Below, piece by piece: positions 8,730-16,614 of a DNA stretch of 64,000 nt; within the stretch, counting starts at the first letter, position 1; each line of letters opens with the position of its first letter. The notes beneath the pieces are model-generated. The model had not been told where the DNA came from, ran no database searches, and saw only the letters and a list, made by a program, of their open reading frames with translations. The stretch covers positions 2,888 through 66,887 of the forward strand of contig JAGNKY010000016.1 in assembly GCA_017999895.1 (NCBI GenBank). The letters run 5' to 3'. Position numbers and translations under genes: made by a program. This DNA comes from Bacteroidales bacterium (lineage in GTDB: Bacteria; Bacteroidota; Bacteroidia; Bacteroidales; VadinHA17).

Positions 8730-9528
8730 TTTGTGGCCTCTGGTTTAAAATTTCAATCCATTTTTCTTGTTTTATTGGTAAATATACTGCTACAAGTTGT
8801 AATCCCGTGGGTTCTAATATAGTATCCCTCAAATTTTCATATACTTCTTTCAAATCATTTTCAATTGCTTCTGTATCACGTATAAGAACACCTATAAGCT
8901 GATAATTGTTATCAGGGTTATAGTATGCTTTAATAGCTGATTGAAAATCTTTTTTTATGTTGTCATTAAGAGCTATTTTAGTTTGCAAATAACGAATTAA
9001 ATCGAATCTTTTTTGATGGTTACTATATAATTCTTTTAATTGTGAAATCATACCTGTTTCTTTTTGGGTCAAAACCTGTGGAGGATTTTTTTCTTCGGAA
9101 GATGTTTTCACTTCGCCAAAAAGAAAAAGAATCTCACCCTTATGCTCAATAAAACCAACTAAATCAGCCCCTGTTTGATTACCTTCAGGATTTTTTGAAT
9201 CTCGTCGTTTATTCCAATGAAACCCGCATTTGAAATTACTTTCAAGAACTACCTCTGCTATTGCTTCTCCAATCTCAAAATTTTTAACATTAATATCACT
9301 ATTTGAAAGCGCCTGTATATCAAGCAAAAGATTTTGAGATGATGAAAATCCAGTATCACTCTGCAAATTTTTTAATATGTATAAAAAATCTTGTTTCTCT
9401 GGCTCATCAACCAATCTATTTTTCACATCAGTACAAAGCAAAGCTATAAATTCACTTTCGTCATTGAATGAAATACCACAATATCCATTCATAAAGGCAT
9501 ATGGATTACTTTTATAGTTCTCTACCAT
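8707..9528 (-). CDS. PD-(D/E)xK-like putative nuclease; HamA (DUF1837)-like candidate
   Basis: 273 aa. D122 (TGADLVGF) then E139-V-K141 (LFLFGEVKTS), with the hydrophobic-strand context of restriction-endonuclease-fold cores. Translationally coupled to the helicase. Family membership was not verifiable by eye. Confidence 0.5.
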   Translation of the reverse strand: MVENYKSNPYAFMNGYCGISFNDESEFIALLCTDVKNRLVDEPEKQDFLYILKNLQSDTGFSSSQNLLLDIQALSNSDINVKNFEIGEAIAEVVLESNFKCGFHWNKRRDSKNPEGNQTGADLVGFIEHKGEILFLFGEVKTSSEEKNPPQVLTQKETGMISQLKELYSNHQKRFDLIRYLQTKIALNDNIKKDFQSAIKAYYNPDNNYQLIGVLIRDTEAIENDLKEVYENLRDTILEPTGLQLVAVYLPIKQEKWIEILNQRPQNERYKEV

Positions 9529-9637
9529 AACTTAAACCCTTTTTGTTTCAATATACTGGTTAATTTCATGGTTGATTGTCCCTTTATCTAATATAAGACT
9601 TTTGATTCATCAATATTATTCAAATTTAATTTTTTTC

Positions 9638-9718
9638 TCATTTCACCACCTCCTGCAGCGCTCTGGGTTCTGTCATTCTGAAGCCTTCTGATAGTATGTC
9701 GTTGGAGGTTGAGTTCAT
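9638..9718 (-). pseudogene. truncated hsdS 5' stub (26 codons then stop)
   Basis: Encodes MNSTSNDILSEGFRMTEPRALQEVVK*, compared with the intact HsdS N-terminus MNSTSNDILPQGYKMTELGPLPEEWEVV. The first 9 codons are identical at the DNA level. Confidence 0.8.
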
Positions 9719-9722
9719 AATG
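9692..9722. repeat. direct repeat copy 2 (see 5459-5489)
   Basis: Identical 31-mer in the same orientation as copy 1. The two copies bracket the nuclease-helicase cassette. Confidence 0.9.
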
Positions 9723-9953
9723 ATGTAATCCTATGCGTTATCTGTATTGTTTTGCCCATGAATTCACTCGTGGTCGAATTAGTCCATTGCCTCGATACGC
9801 CATTCAGGCACCTTAGCGATCGAATTCTAGACAGCCGCTGAAGTGAGCGATAGCTCGTATCGAAACCACTGCTTTGAATTCTTCCTATTCCTAACGAATA
9901 TTTTCGCATTAATCTTTTATTACTTTTAGCTGCCCATTAGTCAATGATTTATT

Positions 9954-10746
9954 TTAAAATATTTGAGATGGTCTAATATGACTGGACAATTTATTAATCA
10001 AATATAAGTGTTTATTAAGGTATTCTGTTAAAACTGCATAATGATTTTCAGCAAACATATCTGCAAATGTTCTGCGGAAATCCCAAAGGATCCCATCACT
10101 GATACCACTGTTACCAACTACACGTCCTGCAAGGCATGGCATATAGGTAGTAAGGTCATAGCCTCGGCGGTTTTTGAATTCAGTCAGCATATTATCGGTC
10201 CAGTTCTGCGTTGAATAAGTGGTAAAAGCCTGCTTTATCCTCCCACCTGTTAATTCTTGCTCCTGAATAAAATTTCATCTCGTTAAAAGTGTAAGCCGAC
10301 TCAGGCACAGTAGTGGTTTCTGCCATCACCCCGGCAGGTCTCATTGGTGCACCTGTAAATTCCAGCCTGAAAAATCTGGCAGTTGTTTCAGCGAATGTAA
10401 TTGTCATGACTTTACCTGAACGGTAAAGCTGAGCTCCGGGTAACGCTATAATCGTTGTGTAGTTTACTCCATCGTTGCTACATTTAAGTGTACCTATAGG
10501 TATGCCGTTTCTGTTAGCGAGTGTAAGTGCCTGAGCTTTAAAGGATTTTTCACATGAGAATTGTATCCGTACAATTTTCCTGTCATTTCCGGATCTTATT
10601 GTTAAGGATGTATTAAGATCATCATCCAGAAGAGCTTCTCCGTTGATAACACCTGTTCCTGTGGTAATGTAATTTTGGCTACACTTTGATTTACTATATT
10701 TGTTGAATGAGTAATTATCGTTTATACATTGCGATGTTATTCTCAT
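9954..10746 (-). pseudogene. decayed glycoside-hydrolase-like gene fragment with a discoidin/F5-8 type C-like domain (frameshifted, 3'-truncated by the IS fragment)
   Basis: Two abutting ORFs (10192-10746 and 9954-10190) lie in different frames. The first has a beta-sandwich-like segment (...ARFFRLEFTGAP...). The last ~20 codons of the second are read from IS-end sequence. There is no credible N-terminus or signal peptide. Confidence 0.5.
9965..10017 (-). mobile_element. solo ~53-nt fragment of the IS3-family element left end
   Basis: gagatggtctaatatgactggacaatttattaatcaaatataagtgtttatt matches 12386-12438 (the terminal inverted repeat of the complete IS) with 2 mismatches, in the same orientation. 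No transposase follows it. Confidence 0.8.
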
Positions 10747-10754
10747 AAGTCAGG

Positions 10755-12164
10755 TTATTTTTCGACCGGCATTCTTGCTTCTGTTTGGACAAGCCACTCT
10801 TCCAGCTTCCGGTTAAGTTTTCTCACTCTGTGGGATTTGGTTGAAGCCAGATCGTTGGTTTCTGAAATATCCTTCTTAAGGTTATAAAGTTCGAAAGGTG
10901 TACCTTCGTATCTTTTGATAAGTTTCCAGTCTCCGTCACGGATGATGCTGTATGGTACTATATCATTTACCCTGTAGTGCGGGAAATGCCAGTAAAGCGG
11001 GACGTTTTTCAGTTTTTTGCCGGAAAAGACAGGGCTTATATCGCGGCCGTCGATGATCCTGTCCGGAAGCGGAGTACCGGTAATTTTGCAGATTGTCGGC
11101 AGGAAATCGATACTGGAAACAAGCAGATCACATTGTGTTCCGGGTTTTATCACATTTTTCCAATATACAAACATCGGTTCCTTTATGCCACCTTCATAGG
11201 GGTATCCTTTTCCCGAGCGCAATGGTTTATTGCTTGTGGATCCGAGAAAACCGCCGTTATCTGAAAAGAAGATTATTATGGTATTATCCATTAATCCCTC
11301 ATTCTCCAGAACATTAATTAATTTTCCGACAGCATCATCCAGATGCTCAATCATTGAGGCATACACCGCATTGGTCTGATCATCGGTCTTAATTTTGGCT
11401 TCATATTTTTTTATTGTTTCGGGTTTAGCCATCAGAGGTGTATGGACTGCATAATAGCACATATTTATAAAAAAAGGTCTGTCTTTATGTTGCTTAACTA
11501 CCTGTATCAGTTCGTCAGCCAGGCGATCTTCGAGGTATTCTCCTTCTTTTCGTGGTTTAAGGTTTGGGAAAGAGACTCCTTTTTTATCAGCATAAGGATC
11601 AAAATAATTGACCGGTTGTCCCATATCGCAACCGGCAATATTGACGTCATAGCCTTGTTTTTCCGGATAGTAATCATCCGGTCCGAGGTGCCATTTTCCG
11701 ACATGGCAGGTGAAATAGCCTTTTGTTTTCAACAGTTCTGCGATGGTAATCTCTTCCAGATCCATCCAATATGGATTTGAGGGGGTTCTCAGTTTTTTGT
11801 CACCGTTTTCTTCATAGGGTGGAGGTGTTTCGACCTTACCACCCGGGATCTGGAACCTGGCGCGTATCCAGTCTGTTACTCCTATTCGTGCAGGATATCT
11901 TCCTGTCTGAAGCGAAGCACGGGTAGGAGAGGAGACGGCACAGGCAGCATAAGCATTATTGAAAATCATGCTTTTAGCAGCTAGCCTGTCGATATTTGGT
12001 GTTTCATAAAACCGGCTTCCGTTGAATCCCACATCCTTCCAGCCGAGATCATCAACAAGCAGCATGATGATATTTGGTTGTTCCTTTGGAGTTTCCTGTG
12101 CATTTGCAATGCCTCCTGCCAGAATTAACAATCCGGCGGAACAGGATATTAATTCTTCTCTCAT
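10755..12164 (-). CDS. sulfatase (Ser-type formylglycine motif)
   Basis: 469 aa. Signal peptide, then LLVDDLGWKDVG and SSPTRASLQTGRYP (S-x-P-x-R signature), then HVGKWHLG. Confidence 0.9.
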   Translation of the reverse strand: MREELISCSAGLLILAGGIANAQETPKEQPNIIMLLVDDLGWKDVGFNGSRFYETPNIDRLAAKSMIFNNAYAACAVSSPTRASLQTGRYPARIGVTDWIRARFQIPGGKVETPPPYEENGDKKLRTPSNPYWMDLEEITIAELLKTKGYFTCHVGKWHLGPDDYYPEKQGYDVNIAGCDMGQPVNYFDPYADKKGVSFPNLKPRKEGEYLEDRLADELIQVVKQHKDRPFFINMCYYAVHTPLMAKPETIKKYEAKIKTDDQTNAVYASMIEHLDDAVGKLINVLENEGLMDNTIIIFFSDNGGFLGSTSNKPLRSGKGYPYEGGIKEPMFVYWKNVIKPGTQCDLLVSSIDFLPTICKITGTPLPDRIIDGRDISPVFSGKKLKNVPLYWHFPHYRVNDIVPYSIIRDGDWKLIKRYEGTPFELYNLKKDISETNDLASTKSHRVRKLNRKLEEWLVQTEARMPVEK

Positions 12165-12487
12165 TTTTTGATAATTTGTTATCAGGCTGTTAAAATAGCT
12201 ATTCCTCTCAATATTTTAGAATTGAATGGTATTTTTCTTAATGATGAAATGGGTCAGGTTTACAATACACAGTTAATTAAAAGTTTGTTTTGCTGGTATA
12301 TTTACAATGAAGATACCTTCGGGGGAAATTCCCGGGAAATCAATCGGAAGAAAAAAATTTCACGGAAAAATTTTTAACGACGGATGAGATGGTATAATAT
12401 GACTGGACAATTTATTAATCAAATATAAGTTTTTATTTTGAAATAGGGAGACCCATAACTTATTTTTTTTTATTTTTTTGTTAATAA

Positions 12488-13279
12488 TCATGCAGCATTC
12501 TGATATACAAGGAGTGGCGGGTTGTTCCCTATTGAAGAATGATCCCGCTTTTCATTGTAATAGTGAATAAATTGTGAACAGATGTGGTATAATTCACTAC
12601 CCGTCTCCGGTTGCTCAATGTAAATTTTTTCATATTTAATGGTTCTGAAGAAACGTTCAATATAAACATTATCAATGGCCCTGCCTTTGCCATCCATTGA
12701 TATCCTGACTGTTTCAAGGCTTTTGACATATCCGGTATATTCATCCGATGTAAACTGGCTTCCCTGATCTGAATTTATAATCTCCGGTCTTCCATATTTG
12801 TTTACCGTCATTTTCAAGGTATTAACAACCCATTCAGATTCCATCGTGTTAGACAAACTCCACACCAGGATGCATCTACTGTAAATGTCCATTATAGCCA
12901 GCAGATACATATATCCTTTAAGCATCGGAATATAGGTAATATCAAGCGCCCACACCTGATTTGGTCTTTGAATAACCAGATTACGAAGCAAGTAGGGATA
13001 TTTATACCTGGCAGAATCTATGATGGTAGTACGTGGCCTGCAATAAACCGTTTTTAAACGCATGATCTGCATCAGAGTACGTACATGGCACCGACCAACC
13101 TGATGACCTTTTTTACGCAACTCATTGGTCATCCTGCGCGTCCCACGCGTGGGATCCTCAAGGTAAAGCCTGTCAAGTTCCTCCATTAGCTTCAGGTCTT
13201 TCGTACTGGCTTTTGATGGCGTATAATAGAGCGAACTCCTGGTAATCCCCAAAAGTTCACATTGGTAACATATACTCAT
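12488..13279 (-). CDS. IS3-family transposase OrfB (DDE integrase domain)
   Basis: 263 aa. LSICYQCELLGITRSSLYY-type HTH, and a DDE triad context (WALDITYI, INSDQGSQFTS, YIERFFRTIKYE). Confidence 0.9.
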   Translation of the reverse strand: MSICYQCELLGITRSSLYYTPSKASTKDLKLMEELDRLYLEDPTRGTRRMTNELRKKGHQVGRCHVRTLMQIMRLKTVYCRPRTTIIDSARYKYPYLLRNLVIQRPNQVWALDITYIPMLKGYMYLLAIMDIYSRCILVWSLSNTMESEWVVNTLKMTVNKYGRPEIINSDQGSQFTSDEYTGYVKSLETVRISMDGKGRAIDNVYIERFFRTIKYEKIYIEQPETGSELYHICSQFIHYYNEKRDHSSIGNNPPLLVYQNAA

Positions 13280-13612
13280 TTACCCTTCTTCACGATCAAC
13301 CATCTGTCTGCGTGTATCTAATGGTATCATAGAATTTTTTTTTAACCAGTTGATGTCTACCGACAGTTGACCGATCTGATGAACCAACTCCTCATTTTCT
13401 TTCTTAAGCTTCTTTATCTCTGATGACTCATCCTTTCCGCTTTCGAAAACTTTCCCCGCATTGGCAAGAAACTCTTTCTTCCAATGTGTGATTAAGTTCG
13501 GATGAACCTGGTAAATCTGGGCAAGCTCAGATATGGTCTTGATTTCTTTTATTGCCTCTATGGCAACCTTGGCTTTAAATTCAGCCGTAAATGTTCTTCT
13601 TGAATTTTTCAT
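13280..13612 (-). CDS. IS3-family transposase OrfA (HTH + leucine zipper)
   Basis: 110 aa. RRTFTAEFKAKVAIEAIKE..TISELAQIYQVHPNLITHWKKEF. An A9 tract (T9 on + at 13335-13343) lies near the 3' end. Its TAA stop (13280-13282) directly abuts the orfB ATG in the same frame. Confidence 0.9.
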   Translation of the reverse strand: MKNSRRTFTAEFKAKVAIEAIKEIKTISELAQIYQVHPNLITHWKKEFLANAGKVFESGKDESSEIKKLKKENEELVHQIGQLSVDINWLKKNSMIPLDTRRQMVDREEG

Positions 13613-13906
13613 GTGACAGAAATTTTAAAATTAGTAAATTCCTGTCCAGTTTTTCTAGACCATTATATATTCATTAACTTTCCTGTATCTGCAAGTTTCC
13701 TAGTTAATAACTCTAAAATCAATTATAAAGTTTTTGAATTTATAAACTACCTTGTTAATCCTCCACTTTCTATGGCTATTCTCAAATAACTTTATCTCTT
13801 AAGAAAGCTGATATTCATTTTACGAGAAGGTTAAATGCAAAGTATCAAAACAACATAAATATACAATTTCTATATATGAGTAGACTGTCATCGGGTATAT
13901 GCTTTC

Positions 13907-15703
13907 TTATAACATTTCATACCATGTTTTTATCTTGATAGCCATTAACTTTCTTCGTTCTTCAAGGAAATCCTCATATTCCGGAATATTACCATTCAAA
14001 AAAGCCTCTGGTAAACAATGGACATTAAAATTATCCCTTAATTCTTCCATATCAGTAATTCCACCATATTTTTTTTCACCACCATTACATTGTTCAATAA
14101 TCTCAGGGATATAATTTTGTGGAGGTTTATCACCAATAACAATATTTATTTCACTCTGAGCAATAACAAAATTAGCAATCTGGTTATACATACCGCGTTG
14201 CATACCCTTTTTCTTTAAGTATTCCTTTGGATAAATATGATGCACGTCCCCTCTATTTAATATCAAATCTCGTACTGTAATATCCCGTGAAAGAAATCCT
14301 TTATCACCCAATTTGACCTGAGCAGCTTTATATGCAAGGAAATAAGGACTTTGTGCAGAAGAAGTATTCATTAACTGAGGGAGCATTCCTGTCCAAAAAC
14401 TTTCAGGCAATTCAGTATCACAAACGGTATCAATATATTTCTTTAAACCGTTTGTTCCTATTTGACGTATATCTATATCAAAAGCAGTTTCAGGACTACC
14501 TGCATAACGCCCTCGTAGAATTGACATTACATACCATCGTCGAACCAAATGCTCTATATCATCAGAAGATAACCCTTCCTTTTTACCCAATAAATACACT
14601 ATATATGCAAAATTTAAGGCATTTTGTCCTCCAATTAGATTACTGGTTATGAAACCAGCAGAACGTATTATCATTACGAAACGCTCAAAATTACTCTTGT
14701 TAATAAATGCCAATACTCCTGCTTTTAGTTTTGCAAATGATTGCTCTGCAATAACTTCTTCATATTGCTTTGTTTCAAAATTTCGACCTGAAATTAACGC
14801 AACAAGATCTTGTAGTTTGCCTCGATCAAACTGTGAAGTGAAAGCTACACGTAACATATCCGTATAAGTTGGATCATAAATATCATCATTAATGTCTTTT
14901 AACCATTGCATAGCCTGAAAATAATCTGAACTTGCAAAAACTGGATCATTTTTTTTGATTTTATCGTAAAATTCAGGGGTAACAGCAAGATGGCAAAAAT
15001 AATCAATAGCCTTTCGTAAAATATTCCCTCCATAGGTTTCGTTTACCGCTATTTTTGACATGGCAAAATCCGCCTGCGACAATTCCAATCCAGCCGAATT
15101 TACACGGATAAATATCTCTGTTACTGTTTCTATATCAAGATCATCAGCCAACTCAATTATTCCAACATTGTTATGTATTATATTTTTTAACTTTTCAATT
15201 GCCGAAAAGATGTCATCTTCTGATAAACCAGGATTTTTATCACAATAATCCTTAACCAGCTTCAAAATACTTGTGTTAGGAGAAAACATTTTAGAAATAT
15301 CATCTATCCACTTTACATCCTTACTAATAGCAGGGTTGGTAACTTCAAAGCGCTCTTCCTGAGGATTAAAAGCTATTCGGATATTTACTGTATCATAATC
15401 CTTTGTAAGTACTTCCCTAGCTAAAAGTGAAGCCATAAGTGCAGTAATACGTTGCTGTCCATCGATTAGAATACGCTTGCCTTTAGATATAGTTCCATCT
15501 TTCAGCTTGATATTGGGATTACGCCACACAATAAGAAACCCTATTGGAAATCCTTGATATAGGGAATCTAAAAGATCACGAACCTTTGTAGAATTCCATA
15601 CAAAGGGGCGCTGTATTTCAGGTATTGCAATTTCTCCCGATTTTACCCATGTAAGAAGGGTTTCTACTGGTTGTGGGTTTACTGAATAACGTTGTGTTGA
15701 CAT
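13907..15703 (-). CDS. DUF262/DUF1524 two-domain protein (GmrSD-like type IV restriction endonuclease candidate)
   Basis: 598 aa. N-terminal [10 protein letters not shown]...GFPIG...[11 protein letters not shown] (ParB-like DUF262 NTPase motif). C-terminal [11 protein letters not shown]...[14 protein letters not shown] (His-Me/HNH-like DUF1524). Confidence 0.8.
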   Translation of the reverse strand: MSTQRYSVNPQPVETLLTWVKSGEIAIPEIQRPFVWNSTKVRDLLDSLYQGFPIGFLIVWRNPNIKLKDGTISKGKRILIDGQQRITALMASLLAREVLTKDYDTVNIRIAFNPQEERFEVTNPAISKDVKWIDDISKMFSPNTSILKLVKDYCDKNPGLSEDDIFSAIEKLKNIIHNNVGIIELADDLDIETVTEIFIRVNSAGLELSQADFAMSKIAVNETYGGNILRKAIDYFCHLAVTPEFYDKIKKNDPVFASSDYFQAMQWLKDINDDIYDPTYTDMLRVAFTSQFDRGKLQDLVALISGRNFETKQYEEVIAEQSFAKLKAGVLAFINKSNFERFVMIIRSAGFITSNLIGGQNALNFAYIVYLLGKKEGLSSDDIEHLVRRWYVMSILRGRYAGSPETAFDIDIRQIGTNGLKKYIDTVCDTELPESFWTGMLPQLMNTSSAQSPYFLAYKAAQVKLGDKGFLSRDITVRDLILNRGDVHHIYPKEYLKKKGMQRGMYNQIANFVIAQSEINIVIGDKPPQNYIPEIIEQCNGGEKKYGGITDMEELRDNFNVHCLPEAFLNGNIPEYEDFLEERRKLMAIKIKTWYEML

Positions 15704-15972
15704 AGTAAATATTTCTCTTTTTTAAGACAGAAAACTCCTTTGAATTTATCTTAATACAATGGACTTATAATCGCCAATAAACTATTGAATAGTAATTCCA
15801 TTTTTGAATAGTAGAAAATTCCCTTCACGATACTGTACTGCCATCTCTAATTTATTATCCAAAAATAAACTCTTGATCCTTAACTTCTAATAAAAAAATA
15901 AATTGTAAATAATAAAATTCAGAAATTTGTTGGCTTTTGGATTTTTTAACAATTACGTAAATATATAATTAT

Positions 15973-16000
15973 GTTGGGGAGAAAAATTTTTCGCCCCAAC
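15973..16000. repeat. palindrome GTTGGGGAGAAAAATTTTTCGCCCCAAC
   Basis: 28-nt dyad with one A/G mismatch, read directly from the sequence. Confidence 0.85.
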
Positions 16001-16033
16001 AATCGGCTGGGCGGTTGCAAAAAAACGGGAATA

Positions 16034-16570
16034 TCAAATATAAATTTCATCTGTTTTCCATTTTTTAGGATTATCAATTATATATTTCCGAATTCGATTT
16101 AATTCATCATTATTTCGAATAATGTGTTCGTAAAAATTTCGTTGCCAGACAACGTAAATATCCGTGTTGTCCGGTTTCAATATTTTGAACCCTTTGGTAA
16201 CGCCAATTTTAAATCCGCGAATAATGGAACCAATTGACCCCGGTATAATGTGTTGGTATGCGTTTTGGCGTTGGGGTTCAATATTTTGAACCCCAATAAT
16301 ATCATTCAAAACGATTATTCCATGAATATGATTTGGCATAATGATATATTCATCCAATTGTACGTGCGGAAAATGATTTGGTATTTCCAACCAACATTGT
16401 TGTGTCATTTTTCCAAATTCATTTAATCGCATTTCACCATTTAAAATTTTCCCAAATAAACATTCACGATTATGTGTGCAAAGGGTAATAAAATAAATAC
16501 CTGGTTGGGAATAATCGTATCCCTGCAAACGTATGGAACGGCGATGGTGGTTATCTGGATTGTATTTCAA
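16034..16570 (-). CDS. IS200/IS605-family TnpA-like / REP-associated tyrosine transposase (RAYT-like)
   Basis: 178 aa. HUH motif MPNHIHGII and a C-terminal catalytic Tyr context (WQRNFYEHIIRNNDEL..IRKYIIDNPKKW). Confidence 0.85.
   Translation of the reverse strand: MKYNPDNHHRRSIRLQGYDYSQPGIYFITLCTHNRECLFGKILNGEMRLNEFGKMTQQCWLEIPNHFPHVQLDEYIIMPNHIHGIIVLNDIIGVQNIEPQRQNAYQHIIPGSIGSIIRGFKIGVTKGFKILKPDNTDIYVVWQRNFYEHIIRNNDELNRIRKYIIDNPKKWKTDEIYI
16271..16296. repeat. perfect hairpin TTGGGGTTCAA-TATT-TTGAACCCCAA inside the RAYT coding sequence
   Basis: 11-bp stem with a 4-nt loop. It encodes IGVQNIEPQ in the variable linker between the HUH and Tyr motifs. A degenerate third copy is at 16173-16192. 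Confidence 0.9.
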
Positions 16571-16614
16571 TTTCCTTCAATTATCTTTATCTCCTTATCC
16601 ATTAACCCATACAA

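Larger units (their letters stand above)
12385..13667 (-). mobile_element. complete IS3-family insertion sequence (~1.28 kb)
   Basis: Imperfect terminal inverted repeats: TGGTATAATATGACTGGACAATTTATTAAT (from 12390) versus the reverse complement of 13662 inward, TGGTCTAGAAAAACTGGACAGGAATTTACTAAT. Contains orfA and orfB. Ends are accurate to +/-5 nt. Confidence 0.85.

Noticed and set aside
4157-9722. Phase-variable hsdS shufflon (the second hsdS 5' copy acting as a recombination partner)
   Set aside because: The stub is in direct, not inverted, orientation. It carries no TRD to exchange, and no site-specific recombinase gene is nearby.
9715-9909. 64-aa ORF whose stop overlaps the hsdS-stub ATG
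   Set aside because: Ser/Arg-rich with no motif, and it lies in a segment that looks like decayed sequence. It is kept only as part of the orphan-segment finding, not as a gene.
12168-12377. 69-aa plus-strand ORF between the sulfatase and the IS
   Set aside because: AT-rich intergenic sequence with no motifs, and no start context better than chance.
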